From Cereibacter sphaeroides 2.4.1 (GTDB lineage: Bacteria; Pseudomonadota; Alphaproteobacteria; Rhodobacterales; Rhodobacteraceae), in assembly GCF_000012905.2 (NCBI RefSeq), contig NC_007493.2, positions 1,410,001-1,442,000 of the forward strand: 32,000 nucleotides of DNA, in the 5' to 3' direction. Each line of letters begins with the position of its first letter. Within the stretch, counting starts at the first letter, position 1. Below, piece by piece: positions 16,912 through 26,947 of this stretch. The notes under the pieces were generated by a model. That model had not been told where the DNA came from. It did not search any database and saw only the letters and a program-made list of their open reading frames with translations. The position numbers and the translations under genes are program-made.

Positions 16912-18378
16912 TTACTCGGCCGCCTGAAGGGCGCCGGCGAGCCGCGCACGGGCCGCCCGGATGCCCTCGCCGTAGGCGGGGCTCACCCGGTCGAACTGGG
17001 CGATGGCCCGGTTCGCGATCTCCTCGGGGATGCCCGCCATGGCTTCGGCGATGTTGGCATAGAGCCGGGCCCGCTGCTCGTCCGTCATCACCTTGTCATG
17101 CAGGGCGCGGGGCTGGCTGTAGTCGTCGTTGCCCTCGCGGTGGTTGTAGCGCGCCGCATCGCCCGAGATCCTGAGCGGCGGCTCGGCCACCGCCGGATCC
17201 TCGACGGCAGCGCCCGGCACCGAGTTCGGCTCGTAATAGGCATCGACCGCGCCGGTGCGATGGCCGAAGAAGTTCATCTGGCCGTCCTTGTGGTAGTGAT
17301 GCACCGGGCAGCGCGGCGCGTTCACCGGCAGGGCCTCGTAGTGCGTGCCCAGCCGGTAGCGGTGCGCGTCGGCATAGGAGAAGACGCGGGCCTGCAGCAT
17401 CTTGTCGGGGCTGTAGCCGATGCCCGGCACCTTGTTCGACGGCGAGAAGGCCAGCTGCTCGATCTGGGCGAAGTAGTTGTCCGCATTGCGGTTCAGCTCC
17501 ATCACGCCGACCTCGATCAGCGGATAGTCCGAATGCGGCCAGACCTTCGTCAGGTCGAACGGGTTGTAGGGCGTGGTCTCGGCCTCGGCCTCGGGCATCA
17601 CCTGCACCATGAGGCGCCATTTCGGGAAGCGGCCCTCCTCGATGGCGCCGAACAGCGCCTCCTGATAGCCCTCGCGGGTGCGGCCGACGATCTCGGCGGC
17701 CTCGGCATTGGTGTAGTGCGCGTGGCCCTGCAGGGTCTTCCAGTGGAACTTGACCCAGAACCGCTCGCCCTGCGCGTTCCACAGCGAATAGGTGTGCGAG
17801 CCGTAGCCGTTCATATGCATCGGATCGACCGGCAGGCCGCGGTCGGACATCAGGATCGTCACCTGATGCAGCGACTCGGGGCTCAGCGACCAAAAGTCCC
17901 ACATGGCCGTGGCCGAGCGCAGGTTGGTGCGCGGGTGGCGCTTCTGGGTGTGGATGAAGTCGGGGAACTTCATCGGGTCGCGCACGAAGAACACCGGGGT
18001 ATTGTTTCCGGCGAGGTCCCAGTTGCCTTCCTCGGTATACATCTTCACCGAGAAGCCGCGCACGTCGCGCTCATGGTCGGCCGCGCCGAGCTCGCCCGCC
18101 ACCGTAGAAAAGCGCACCGCGAGATCGGTCTGCTTGCCCACTTCCGAAAAGACCTTGGCGCAGCTGTAGCGGGTGATGTCGTTCGTCACCGTGAAGGTGC
18201 CGAAGGCGCCCCAGCCCTTGGCATGGACCACACGCTCGGGAATGCGCTCGCGGTTCTGGTGCGCGAGCTTCTCGATCAGCTGGTAATCCTCCAGCAGCAC
18301 CGGACCGCGGGGACCCGCGGTCAGCGTGTTCTGGTTGTCGGCGATCGGCGCGCCGGCCGTCGTGGTCATCCGGGTCAT
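16912..18378 (-). CDS. Monofunctional heme catalase (small-subunit type, 488 aa)
   Basis: [32 protein letters not shown] and [14 protein letters not shown] motifs. GAGGGAG SD. Divergent from oxyR. Confidence 0.95.
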   Translation of the reverse strand: MTRMTTTAGAPIADNQNTLTAGPRGPVLLEDYQLIEKLAHQNRERIPERVVHAKGWGAFGTFTVTNDITRYSCAKVFSEVGKQTDLAVRFSTVAGELGAADHERDVRGFSVKMYTEEGNWDLAGNNTPVFFVRDPMKFPDFIHTQKRHPRTNLRSATAMWDFWSLSPESLHQVTILMSDRGLPVDPMHMNGYGSHTYSLWNAQGERFWVKFHWKTLQGHAHYTNAEAAEIVGRTREGYQEALFGAIEEGRFPKWRLMVQVMPEAEAETTPYNPFDLTKVWPHSDYPLIEVGVMELNRNADNYFAQIEQLAFSPSNKVPGIGYSPDKMLQARVFSYADAHRYRLGTHYEALPVNAPRCPVHHYHKDGQMNFFGHRTGAVDAYYEPNSVPGAAVEDPAVAEPPLRISGDAARYNHREGNDDYSQPRALHDKVMTDEQRARLYANIAEAMAGIPEEIANRAIAQFDRVSPAYGEGIRAARARLAGALQAAE

Positions 18379-18466
18379 GATGGTTGCTCCCTCGGTTGGC
18401 GTCGTTGCCCGGTGACATATGCCTGATTTTTGGAATAAATATAAATCGGATCTTCTGTGTAATGCG

Positions 18467-18481
18467 ATAAGGTCAGCTTAT
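18467..18481. promoter_or_regulatory. LysR-type T-N11-A box ATAAG-N5-CTTAT within the AT-rich catalase-oxyR intergenic region
   Basis: Perfect inverted repeat read directly. It overlaps the oxyR ATG (18480). I counted 21/60 G+C in 18421-18480. Confidence 0.45.
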
Positions 18482-19406
18482 GAGACTCACGCTGCGGCAG
18501 CTTTCCTACTTTCTGGCCCTCGCCGAGGAGCGCCATTTCGGCCGCGCGGCCGAGCGGGTGCATGTCTCGCAGCCGGCCCTGTCGATGCAGATCCGCGAGA
18601 TGGAGGAGACGCTCGACGCGGTCCTGTTCGAGCGCCATCCGCGCGAGGTGCGGCTGACGGCGGAGGGGCGCGAGGTGGAGCTGCGCGCGCGGCGCATCTT
18701 GGCCGAGGTGACGGAGCTCGAGGCGGCGGCGCGGCAGCGGGGCCTTGCGCAGAGGGTCAATCTGGGCGTGATCCCCACGGTTGCGCCCTATCTTCTGCCC
18801 GAGGTGCTGCCTCTGCTGCGGGCGCGGGACATCTCGCGCGACCTGCGCGTGCGCGAGGCCACCACCGACATCCTCCTGTCGGCGCTCGACCGCGGACAGA
18901 TCGACGCCGCGGTCATTGCCGCGCCGCAGGCGGTGGCGGGGCTGAAGCTGGTGCCGCTCTTTTCCGACCGGTTCCTGCTGGCGGGGCGCGAGTCGATGCT
19001 GTCGGCGGCGGGGACGGAGGCGCTGCGGCCGGTGGCGCTCGACCCCGACCGGCTGCTGCTGCTCGATGAGGGCCATTGCCTTGCGGATCAGGCGCTCGAG
19101 GTTTGCGGGATGGACCGGCGGCAGGCGCGGCTCGACCTCGGGGCCTCGTCGCTCACGACGCTCTGCGGGCTGGCGGGGCAGGGGCTGGGGATGACCTTCC
19201 TGCCCGAGATCGCCTGGCGGCAGGAGCGGGCGGCGGCGCCGGGGCTGGCCGTGCGCCGCTTCTCGACGCCCGAGCCCGCGCGGCAGATCATGCTCGCGCG
19301 GCGCGCGGCCAGTTCGGCATCGGACTGGTTCGAGGATCTGGCGCGGATGCTCGCGCAGGCGGGCGAGACCCTGACCGGCCTCGCGCGTGCGGCGGTGCCC
19401 GCCTGA
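18480..19406 (+). CDS. oxyR: LysR-family peroxide-sensing regulator OxyR
   Basis: N-terminal HTH (LRQLSYFLALAEERHFGRAAERVHVSQPALS). The GHCLADQALEVCG segment has two Cys nine residues apart, as for Cys199/Cys208 of E. coli OxyR. Divergent from the catalase gene. Confidence 0.8.
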   Translation: MRLTLRQLSYFLALAEERHFGRAAERVHVSQPALSMQIREMEETLDAVLFERHPREVRLTAEGREVELRARRILAEVTELEAAARQRGLAQRVNLGVIPTVAPYLLPEVLPLLRARDISRDLRVREATTDILLSALDRGQIDAAVIAAPQAVAGLKLVPLFSDRFLLAGRESMLSAAGTEALRPVALDPDRLLLLDEGHCLADQALEVCGMDRRQARLDLGASSLTTLCGLAGQGLGMTFLPEIAWRQERAAAPGLAVRRFSTPEPARQIMLARRAASSASDWFEDLARMLAQAGETLTGLARAAVPA

Positions 19407-19434
19407 GGGGCTGCCCGCGCCAGATCCGCAGCTC

Positions 19435-19983
19435 TCAGGCGGCGGCGCCCTGCGCGTCGGCCGCGAGCCACTCCAGCACCGTGTCGGGCGAGGAGACGCC
19501 GTAGGGGTCTTCGCCGTGGTTGTCGCAGAGGCCCGGCTCCTCGAACCAGGCTTCCACGCGGCCGTCCTTCACGATGGCCGCATAGCGCCAGGAGCGCAGG
19601 CCGAAACCGAGGTTGTCCTTGCGCACCAGCATGCCGACGCGGCGGGTGAACTCGCCCGAACCGTCGGGGATCACCTGCACATTTTCCAGACCCTGCGCCT
19701 TGGCCCACTGGTTCATGACGAAGCTGTCATTGACCGAGAGGCAGTAGATCGCGTCGATCCCGTGCGCCTGGAAGTCGGCGAAGCCCTTCTCGAAGCCCGG
19801 CAGCTGGTAGGTCGAGCAGGTGGGGGTGAAGGCGCCCGGCAGCGCGAACAGAACGCAGCGCTTGCCCGCGAAATAATCCTCGGTGGTCATGTCCTGCCAG
19901 CGGAACGGGTTCGGCCCGCCGAGGCTGTCATCGCGGACACGGGTGCGGAAGGTCACGGACGGGAGCTTGGAACCGGGCAACAT
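19435..19983 (-). CDS. Prx5-type (atypical 2-Cys) peroxiredoxin
   Basis: ATG 19983 preceded by GAGGA. PGAFTPTCS peroxidatic-Cys motif. The track start at 19998 is a GTG without an SD. Confidence 0.85.
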   Translation of the reverse strand: MLPGSKLPSVTFRTRVRDDSLGGPNPFRWQDMTTEDYFAGKRCVLFALPGAFTPTCSTYQLPGFEKGFADFQAHGIDAIYCLSVNDSFVMNQWAKAQGLENVQVIPDGSGEFTRRVGMLVRKDNLGFGLRSWRYAAIVKDGRVEAWFEEPGLCDNHGEDPYGVSSPDTVLEWLAADAQGAAA

Positions 19984-20066
19984 TGGAATGATCCTCACTT
20001 TGCGACTGGCGGTTGCGGACTGTGGGTCCTCCGCTAAACGCCCGCTGCCCGAGGGTCAAGATGCTG

Positions 20067-20095
20067 CGGCGCGGCGGGAGGGGTCCGCCGCGCCG
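20067..20095. terminator. 11-bp perfect GC hairpin CGGCGCGGCGG-N7-CCGCCGCGCCG downstream of aqpZ
   Basis: Read directly. About 50 nt beyond the aqpZ stop on the minus strand. No U tract. Confidence 0.4.
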
Positions 20096-20144
20096 ATGCT
20101 GAAGGGATGGGCGCTTCCGCGCGTTTTGCAGCCGCCGGAGCGGC

Positions 20145-20876
20145 TCAGAGCGTGGCCGCGCCGGTTGCGGGCGCGGGTTCGATCCCGCCCGGACGGAAGA
20201 AGCCCGAGGCATGGGCGAGGCCCGCCGCCGCCCCGCCGGCAAGCGGCGCCACGATGAAGACCCAGAGGTCCGAGAGCGCCTTGCCGCCCACGAAGAGGGC
20301 GGGTGCCAGCGACCGCGCCGGATTGACCGAGACGCCGGTCACGTTGATGCCCACCAGATGGATCCCGGTGAGGGTGAGGCCGATGGCGAGGCCCGCGAGC
20401 GCGGTCGAGGCGCTCGAGACATGCGAGGCGGTGGCCGCGAGGATCACGGAGACGAAGACGAAGGTCGCGATCAGTTCGAAGATCAGCGCCGCGCCCATGG
20501 AATATTCGCCGAGATAGCCCGCACCGAACCCGTTCTGGCCGAGCCCGTCGGTCGCCAGCACATAGCCCGCCTTGCCCGAGGCGATCAGGAAGACGACGAG
20601 CGAGCCCAGAAGCGCGCCCGCGATCTGCGCCAGCACATAGCCGCCGAACTCGGCCATGGGCATCCGCCCCGCCATGAGAAAGCCGAGCGAGACGGCGGGG
20701 TTGAGGTGGGCGCCGGAAATGGCGCCCAGCGAGTAGGCCGCGGCCACGATCGACAGGCCGAAGGCGAGGGATATTCCCAGCATGCCGATCTGCGGTCCCA
20801 TCAGGACGGCGGCTCCGCATCCGAAGAAGACGAGAATGAAGGTGCCGAGCAGTTCAGCCAGGAGCTTCTTGGTCAT
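20145..20876 (-). CDS. aqpZ: Aquaporin Z
   Basis: Start at MTKKLLAELLGTF after GGAGA. Two NPA boxes (HLNPAVS, VNPARS). The track ORF to 21122 is over-extended. Confidence 0.9.
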   Translation of the reverse strand: MTKKLLAELLGTFILVFFGCGAAVLMGPQIGMLGISLAFGLSIVAAAYSLGAISGAHLNPAVSLGFLMAGRMPMAEFGGYVLAQIAGALLGSLVVFLIASGKAGYVLATDGLGQNGFGAGYLGEYSMGAALIFELIATFVFVSVILAATASHVSSASTALAGLAIGLTLTGIHLVGINVTGVSVNPARSLAPALFVGGKALSDLWVFIVAPLAGGAAAGLAHASGFFRPGGIEPAPATGAATL

Positions 20877-21012
20877 GAATGGTCTCCGAGATGAAGGAAT
20901 AGGCCTGGGCAGCTCTTCGAGCCGGGAAGGCGCCTCTGCCCTGCGCAACCTTCGCAGTGCGGGCTGGCTTCGCCGCGCGCGACGGCCTATATGAACACGG
21001 AATGTCGCTTTC

Positions 21013-21975
21013 ATGATCGGAAAACTTGTGCGCGACCTGAAGATTCCCGACCAGCGCCACCCGGAGAAGGCGCACCGGCCCGACAACGTCCAGCCCAAGA
21101 AACCGTCCTGGATCCGGGTCAAGGCGCCGACGTCCGAGGGCTACAAGGAGACGCGGGACATCATCCGCGGCCAGAAGCTCGCCACCGTCTGCGAGGAGGC
21201 GGGCTGCCCGAACGTCGGCGAATGCTGGAGCCAGGGCCACGCCACCATGATGATCATGGGCGAGATCTGCACCCGCGGCTGCTCGTTCTGCAACGTGGCA
21301 ACGGGCCGGCCGCAGGCGCTCGATGCGTTCGAGCCGGGCCGCGTCGCCCATGCGGTCAGCCAGCTCGGGCTGAAGCATGTGGTGGTGACGAGCGTCGACC
21401 GCGACGATCTCGAGGACGGGGGGGCCGAGCATTTCGCCCAGACCATCCGGGCGATCCGCCATCGCGCGCCGGCCACCACCATCGAGGTTCTGGTGCCCGA
21501 CTTCCTGAAATGCGGGCCTTCGGCGCTCGAGACGGTGGTGGCGGCACGTCCCGACGTCTTCAACCACAATCTCGAGACGGTGCCCGGCCTCTATCCCGAA
21601 GTGCGGCCCGGCGCGCGCTACTTCCACTCGCTGCGGCTCCTGCAGCGCGCGAAGGAGCTCGATCCCTCGATCTTCACCAAGTCGGGCATCATGGTGGGCC
21701 TCGGCGAGGACCGGCAGGGCGTGCTGCAGGTGATGGACGACATGCGCTCGGCCGAGGTCGATTTCCTGACCATCGGCCAGTATCTCCAGCCCACGCCCAA
21801 GCATCACCGGGTCGACCGGTTCGTGACGCCCGAGGAATTCGCGGGCTACGAGAAGGCGGCCTACGGCAAGGGGTTCCTGATGGTCTCGGCGACGCCGCTC
21901 ACGCGCTCCTCTTACCATGCGGGCGACGATTTCGCCCGCCTGCGCGACGCCCGACAGAAGCGCCTCGGGGCCTGA
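21013..21975 (+). CDS. lipA: Lipoyl synthase
   Basis: [13 protein letters not shown] auxiliary-cluster motif and the radical-SAM [10 protein letters not shown] motif. 320 aa. Confidence 0.95.
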   Translation: MIGKLVRDLKIPDQRHPEKAHRPDNVQPKKPSWIRVKAPTSEGYKETRDIIRGQKLATVCEEAGCPNVGECWSQGHATMMIMGEICTRGCSFCNVATGRPQALDAFEPGRVAHAVSQLGLKHVVVTSVDRDDLEDGGAEHFAQTIRAIRHRAPATTIEVLVPDFLKCGPSALETVVAARPDVFNHNLETVPGLYPEVRPGARYFHSLRLLQRAKELDPSIFTKSGIMVGLGEDRQGVLQVMDDMRSAEVDFLTIGQYLQPTPKHHRVDRFVTPEEFAGYEKAAYGKGFLMVSATPLTRSSYHAGDDFARLRDARQKRLGA

Positions 21976-21993
21976 GCGCCTCCGATTCGAAAG

Positions 21994-22024
21994 ACGCCGG
22001 CGGGATGTCATGTCCCGCCGGCGT
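21994..22024. terminator. Rho-independent terminator ACGCCGGCGGGA-N7-TCCCGCCGGCGT followed by TTCTTC
   Basis: 12-bp perfect stem, 19 nt after the lipA stop. Lies between convergent lipA and the cytochrome c gene. Confidence 0.7.
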
Positions 22025-22047
22025 TTCTTCATGGGGCAGGGCGGCGC

Positions 22048-22938
22048 TCACTCGATCGCCGGCACCCGCTTCAGATAGGCGGCGATGGCGCGGCGATCCT
22101 CGTCGGGCAGCTGGCTCGTGTTGCGCACCACATCCGCCATCTGCCCGCCGGCCGAATCGTAGTCCGGCGTGAAGCCCGAGCTCAGATATTCGGCGATGTC
22201 GCCCGCGGACCAGTCGAGCTTGGCCGGGGTGATGTTCGGGATCGTGCCGCGCCCCTCGGGGTTAGGGCCACCGGCGAGCCACCGGCTCTTGTCGCGCAGA
22301 CCCAGCCCGTTGCGGGGCGTGTGACATTCGCCGCAATGGCCGAGACCCTCGACCAGATAACGCCCGCGCTCTTCCTCGGGTGCGAGGTCGCCCTCCACGA
22401 TCCAGGACGGACCGCCCGCTAGGAGCTTCCAGCCGCCGAGGATGATCCGCTGGTTGAACGGGAAGGCCAGATCGTGCGGCTCGTCCGCGCGGTCCGAGGG
22501 CGGCAGCGTATCGAGGAAGGCCTTGAGATCCGCCACGTCCTGCGGCTCGACATGGGCGTAGGAGGTGTAGGGGAAGGAGGGATAGTAATGCGACCGCTCG
22601 GGCGAAGTACCGTGGCGGAGCGCGGAATCGAGATCCGCCACCGTCCAGCCGCCGATGCCGTGATCGGGATCGGGCGAGATGTTCGGCACGACGAACGTGC
22701 CGAAATCTGTGGTGAGCCTCTCGCCGCCGGACAGCACGAGCCGGGCCTCGCCGCTGGCATCGGGCGCCGCGTGACAGGAGGCGCACCCCCCGGCCCAGAA
22801 GATGCGCTCGCCCCGCGACGCCTCGCCGGTCAGTCCGGCGAAGAGCTCCGGGTCGCTCTTCACGGGCCGGGTGAGCCAGAGGCCCGCCGCCCCCGCGATC
22901 AGCACGAGCGCGAGGCCGGCGGTCAGACTGCGCCGCAC
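22048..22938 (-). CDS. Diheme c-type cytochrome
   Basis: Two CxxCH motifs (CASCH, CGECH). N-terminal membrane anchor or signal. GTG start preceded by AGAAGGA, 3 nt after the cycP stop. Confidence 0.8.
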   Translation of the reverse strand: MRRSLTAGLALVLIAGAAGLWLTRPVKSDPELFAGLTGEASRGERIFWAGGCASCHAAPDASGEARLVLSGGERLTTDFGTFVVPNISPDPDHGIGGWTVADLDSALRHGTSPERSHYYPSFPYTSYAHVEPQDVADLKAFLDTLPPSDRADEPHDLAFPFNQRIILGGWKLLAGGPSWIVEGDLAPEEERGRYLVEGLGHCGECHTPRNGLGLRDKSRWLAGGPNPEGRGTIPNITPAKLDWSAGDIAEYLSSGFTPDYDSAGGQMADVVRNTSQLPDEDRRAIAAYLKRVPAIE

Positions 22939-22941
22939 GGG

Positions 22942-23403
22942 TCAGTCCTTCTGACGGTAGGTCTCGTGGCAGCTGCCACAGGCGGCGCCCAGATCGCGCA
23001 TCGCGCCCTGCAGCGAGGCGAGGTCGGTGCCCGCCGCGGCCTGCATCTTGGCCGCCGCTTCTTCCATGCCGCTGATCTTCTGGGCGAAATCGTCGGGCTT
23101 CTCCCAGATCGCGGGCAGGGCCTCGCTGTCTTCGGCTTCACCCACGGCCGAGCCCTTGGGGAACAGTTCCGGCGAAATCACCGAGGCCAGCGCGGAGAGG
23201 TTCGAGGCGGCCTTGCCTGCAACCTCCGCGTCGTAGGGCGTCTCTTCCTTCGCCATGCCACCGAGCTTGCCCAGCTCATGGGCCATGAGCGTCATCAGGC
23301 CGTGGCGCCCTTCGATCATGCGCTCGATCTGGCGCGCGTCCTGGGCGAGGGCGGGCATGGCCACGAGAGAGAAAGTCAGGGCGAGGGCGGGAATGGGTCG
23401 CAT
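22942..23403 (-). CDS. cycP: Cytochrome c' (class II cytochrome c)
   Basis: Start at MRPIPALALTFSLVAMPALA after AGGAGG. Four-helix-type sequence with a single C-terminal CGSCH heme motif. Confidence 0.85.
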   Translation of the reverse strand: MRPIPALALTFSLVAMPALAQDARQIERMIEGRHGLMTLMAHELGKLGGMAKEETPYDAEVAGKAASNLSALASVISPELFPKGSAVGEAEDSEALPAIWEKPDDFAQKISGMEEAAAKMQAAAGTDLASLQGAMRDLGAACGSCHETYRQKD

Positions 23404-23809
23404 GGACGCCTCCTGGCTGGTGCTACGATCCCGGAAATCTAGCCCGCCGGTCGCGACAGACATACTGGAAAAATGCAACTTTAATGTGATCGTGGACCCG
23501 CTGGCCAACTCGCGCCGACCGGGGCCCTGAGACTTCGCTCGATCCGTAGGGTCCGTTCGCCACTCCGGCGTCTCGGCGAGACCCGTGGCCGGCTTCGGTC
23601 TCCGCAGGCTTGCGGCTACGGGCCCAAGAACACCGTTCAACCCCACCGCGTCAGAAATTTCGATCAGGCGGACAGGCCGATGCCGGCTGCCCGCGCCCTT
23701 GCCGGCTTTCGACGTTCAGGCGCCGCGATGGGCTGCGGGGGCAGGATCCGCACTGGCGAGGGCGGGCCGGTCGCGGCGCCGCGTCCACCGGCGAGAGCAG
23801 GCCGCTCGG

Positions 23810-24355
23810 TCAGCCCTCTTCGAGGAAGCGCACCTTGCCGATGAAGGGCAGGTTCCGGTTGCGCTGCGCGAAGTCGATCCCGTAACCCACGACGAACTCG
23901 TCGGGAATCTCGAATCCGGTCCAAGTCGCGCGGATGTCCACCTCGCGCCGCGAGGGTTTGTCGAGCAGGGCGCAGACCTCGAGCCGCTTCGGCTCGCGCG
24001 AGCGCAGGAGCCGCACGACATGGGAAAGGGTGAAGCCCGTATCCACGATATCTTCGACGACGAGCACGTCGCGGCCGGCAATCTCGCCGCGCAGGTCTTT
24101 GAGGATGCGCACCTCCCGGCTCGAGGTCATGGCATCGCCGTAGGAGGAGGCCTCGAGGAAATCCACTTCGACCGGCAGGTGGATCTCGCGGACCAGATCG
24201 GCGATGAAGACGAAGGAGCCGCGCAGCAGGCCCACCACCACCAGCTTCTCGGTCTCGGCGAAATGTTCGGTGATCTGGCGCGCCAGCACCTCGACCCGCG
24301 CGGCGATCTGTTTCGGAGAGATCAGCTGGTCTATGACATAAGGTCTCGTCGGCAT
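23810..24355 (-). CDS. hpt: Hypoxanthine phosphoribosyltransferase
   Basis: [18 protein letters not shown]-binding motif. ATG 24355 preceded by GAGGG. Confidence 0.9.
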   Translation of the reverse strand: MPTRPYVIDQLISPKQIAARVEVLARQITEHFAETEKLVVVGLLRGSFVFIADLVREIHLPVEVDFLEASSYGDAMTSSREVRILKDLRGEIAGRDVLVVEDIVDTGFTLSHVVRLLRSREPKRLEVCALLDKPSRREVDIRATWTGFEIPDEFVVGYGIDFAQRNRNLPFIGKVRFLEEG

Positions 24356-24446
24356 GGCGCCCTCTTGCATCCTGCCGCCCCTTTATCCAGAAACGACGCC
24401 CAAGTCACGCCCGACCGGGGCCGTTGCCCGAGGACCGAACGCCGCG

Positions 24447-24899
24447 ATGCCGACCCACTCCGAGAGCCGCCCGCTCCCCTGGTCCGCCCAGGAGATGTAT
24501 GACCTCGTCGCGGACGTGGAGCGCTATCCGCAGTTCCTGCCGTGGAACTCGGCGGCCCGCATCCGCTCCAGAAAACCCATTGAGGGCGGGGAGTTGATGG
24601 AGGCGGATCTCGTGATCTCCTTCAAGGTCTTCCGCGAGCGGTTCGGCAGCCGGGTGAAGCTCTTTCCCGAGGCGAAGCGGATCGAGACGGAATATCTCGA
24701 CGGGCCGTTCAAATACATGCGCTCGTCCTGGAGCTTCCGCGACCGGCCCGAGGGCGGCTGCACCGTGGATTTCTTCGTCGATTTCGAATTCCGCAACGCG
24801 ATCCTGCAGGGGATCATCGGCGTGGTGTTCAACGAGGCCATGCACCGGATCGTCCGCGCCTTCGAAAAGCGCGCGCAGGCGCTCTACGGACCGCGCTGA
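24447..24899 (+). CDS. SRPBCC-fold RatA/COQ10-like protein (often annotated type II toxin RatA family)
   Basis: The start at MPTHSE and motifs YDLVADVERYPQFLPW and FEFRNAILQGIIGVVFNEA are typical of this family. Confidence 0.75.
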   Translation: MPTHSESRPLPWSAQEMYDLVADVERYPQFLPWNSAARIRSRKPIEGGELMEADLVISFKVFRERFGSRVKLFPEAKRIETEYLDGPFKYMRSSWSFRDRPEGGCTVDFFVDFEFRNAILQGIIGVVFNEAMHRIVRAFEKRAQALYGPR

Positions 24900-25224
24900 C
24901 GTCCGCGCGACTTGCGGGAGGAGATGCCAGCCGGGCGGCGCATCAAGGCTCTGGCCGTGTCTCCGTTCACGAAGCGCGAACCGCGCCCGGTCCGGCGGGC
25001 GGATCGTCTGGGGCGCTCAGGGGGCGGAGGGTTGGCGCTCGGCCGGGAGCGCTGGCGGGTTTCGGTCCCGAGGCGAGGCATCCTTGATCCGCTCTGTGCC
25101 GACATGTCACGAAATCGGGGGCGGCAGCGCTACAGCTTCACCCGCAGGGAGGTCTCCGGCTTCAGCTCTTCGCCGCTCAGCACGCTATGTGCGCTGTTGT
25201 CACCAAGTTAAAGTGTCGCCTGGC

Positions 25225-26798
25225 GTGCAAAGTAGAAATGTCGTCCCGGTGTCGCAGGGCTGAGCCGGCCCCGGCCCGCTCTCGTCAGGAAGGGCCGTAG
25301 GGACGGGGCCGGCGGGGGCGGAACGCTCCGGGTCCGCACGGTCATTCCGCCGCGATGTCGGGAGGCTTCGCCGTCCCGTCCGCCCGCTGCCTGGCGCGGC
25401 GGGCCAGTTTCGAATTCCAGCCGTCGTTCCGCCGACCCGTCGGCTCGTAGACTGTGCGCTGCCGGCCGACGCGGCTCACGCGCGGGGGTTGGCTTTCCTG
25501 CAGGCTCCTCGCCAGCGCCAGGACGTCGCTGAGCCGCTTGTTCGCGGTGATGGCCGCGTGGGTGACATGCTGCTGCTCGGGATCGAAGCTGCGGTAGGGG
25601 AGCGAGATGCCTTTCCATCGAGCTTCAAAACGTCCGTCCGGGAAGGCGTAGGTGTCGACGTATTTCCCCACGATGCCGCGCGTGAGGTCGCTTTCCTCCA
25701 GCAGGATCCGCCGGTGCTCGTAGGTGAAGGTGAGCTGGTTCCCGACGTAGCGCTGGTCGCGCCAGCACAGGATGTCGGCCAGCCGGTCCGGGGGCAGGTT
25801 CAGCGGCCGGTGCCGGTCGTCCGGCCGGGCAGGCACCCTGGCGAACTGCGCGTTGTGCCGCTCGATGAAGCCGGGCAGGAAGGCGTTCCCGGCCTCCATG
25901 TCGCTGATGCCTGCAAGCCGCATCTCCTTGACCAGCCGGTCCTGCAAGGTGCGGTTCGCCCGCTCGACCCGGCCCTTGGCCTGCGAGGAGTTGGCGCAGA
26001 GGATCTCGATGTTCAACTCGGCCAGCGCCCGGCCGAACTGCGTCATGCCATGGCCGGTCCGCGCGTCCTGCCTCGCCACGCGGAAGACCGAATGCTTGTC
26101 GGAGTAGAAAGCCGTGGGCCTGCCGTGCCGCGTCAGGTAGCACTCCAGCGCCGCGAAATAGGCGAAGGTGCTCTCGGAGGGCACGAAGCGCATCTCCATC
26201 AGCCGGCTCGTCGCGTCGTCGATGAAGAGCACGAGCAGCGTGCAGGCTGGTGCGCGATCCTCGAACCAATGATGATCGGACCCGTCTATCTGAACCAGTT
26301 CGCCCAGGTGCTCGCGCCGCAGCCGCGGCTGGTGAAACCTCCGGCGCTGAGGACGCGACAGCCAGAGCCCATCCTCGACCATCCACTTCCGCAGCGTCTC
26401 CCGCGACACATGCAGGCCGTCGCGCTCGGCCAGCTTCTCGGCCGCGAGCGTGGGGCCGAAATCGACGTAGGTCTCCCGCACGAGGGCCAGCGCAAGGTCC
26501 CGCAATCCCGGCGAGAGGCGGTGGTTCGACGGTCGCCCGCGCAACCCGTGCCGCGTTGCCGCCGCGCCGTCCTCGCGCAACCGTCGCAGCAGACGCTGCA
26601 CCTGACGCGGGCCGATCGCCAGCAGAACCGAGGCTTCCGTCGTCGTCATCCTCCGATCGAGCACCTTCGACAGGATCTCGATGCGGTTCAGTTCGCGCTC
26701 GCTCATCAGCACCCATCCCATGCCGCCGATCCTCCATTGTCCCGACAGGAAGAGGCGACAGTTCTACTTTGCTTGGATGCGACAATTCTACTTTGCGC
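25225..26798 (-). mobile_element. Insertion sequence with DDE (rve-type) transposase, resembling ISNCY (IS1202 group); boundaries approximate
   Basis: Terminal inverted repeats: GCAAAGTAGAAATGTCG (25227-25243) versus CGACAATTCTACTTTGC (26780-26796), 16/17 complementary. A second direct copy, CGACAGTTCTACTTTGC, is at 26756-26772. No target-site duplication identified. Confidence 0.65.
25342..26721 (-). CDS. DDE transposase (integrase-core domain, N-terminal HTH)
   Basis: 459 aa. N-terminal MSERELNRIEILSKVLDRRMTTTEA...RQVQRLLRRLREDG. DDE contexts QIDGSDH, FYSDKHS and GRVERAN. GGAGGA SD. Confidence 0.9.
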   Translation of the reverse strand: MGWVLMSERELNRIEILSKVLDRRMTTTEASVLLAIGPRQVQRLLRRLREDGAAATRHGLRGRPSNHRLSPGLRDLALALVRETYVDFGPTLAAEKLAERDGLHVSRETLRKWMVEDGLWLSRPQRRRFHQPRLRREHLGELVQIDGSDHHWFEDRAPACTLLVLFIDDATSRLMEMRFVPSESTFAYFAALECYLTRHGRPTAFYSDKHSVFRVARQDARTGHGMTQFGRALAELNIEILCANSSQAKGRVERANRTLQDRLVKEMRLAGISDMEAGNAFLPGFIERHNAQFARVPARPDDRHRPLNLPPDRLADILCWRDQRYVGNQLTFTYEHRRILLEESDLTRGIVGKYVDTYAFPDGRFEARWKGISLPYRSFDPEQQHVTHAAITANKRLSDVLALARSLQESQPPRVSRVGRQRTVYEPTGRRNDGWNSKLARRARQRADGTAKPPDIAAE

Positions 26799-26947
26799 TT
26801 ACATGCGCGAGTCGGATAATCTGTATTATGTATTCTAAACAGTGCCGGGACCGCATATCAACACTCCCGCACGGGCTGAGACTTAAGGCCGCCTTGAAGC
26901 GGCCCGCCGCCTCGGGGTAAGCCGGATCATCCCCAAGGAGCGTTGCC

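Noticed and set aside
16743-17174. Plus-strand ORF preceded by a strong GGGAGGAAGGA SD-like block
   Set aside because: Spacing to the ATG is about 14 nt. The ORF runs through the catalase terminator and antisense into the catalase gene, with junk-like sequence. The purine block is better explained as the complement of a C/U-rich RNA segment on the minus strand.
16882-18426. ORF 16882-18426 (+, 514 aa) and other frames antisense to the catalase gene
   Set aside because: Antisense shadow of an unambiguous catalase gene, with junk-like composition.
25130-25207. Minus-strand frame reading GDNSAHSVLSGEELKPETSLRVKL-stop next to the IS left end, possibly the tail of an IS-disrupted gene
   Set aside because: An in-frame TAA (25208-25210) lies about 15 nt outside the IS inverted repeat. 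No matching N-terminal part is present on the other side of the IS (26799-26947). It is too short to distinguish from chance in GC-rich DNA.
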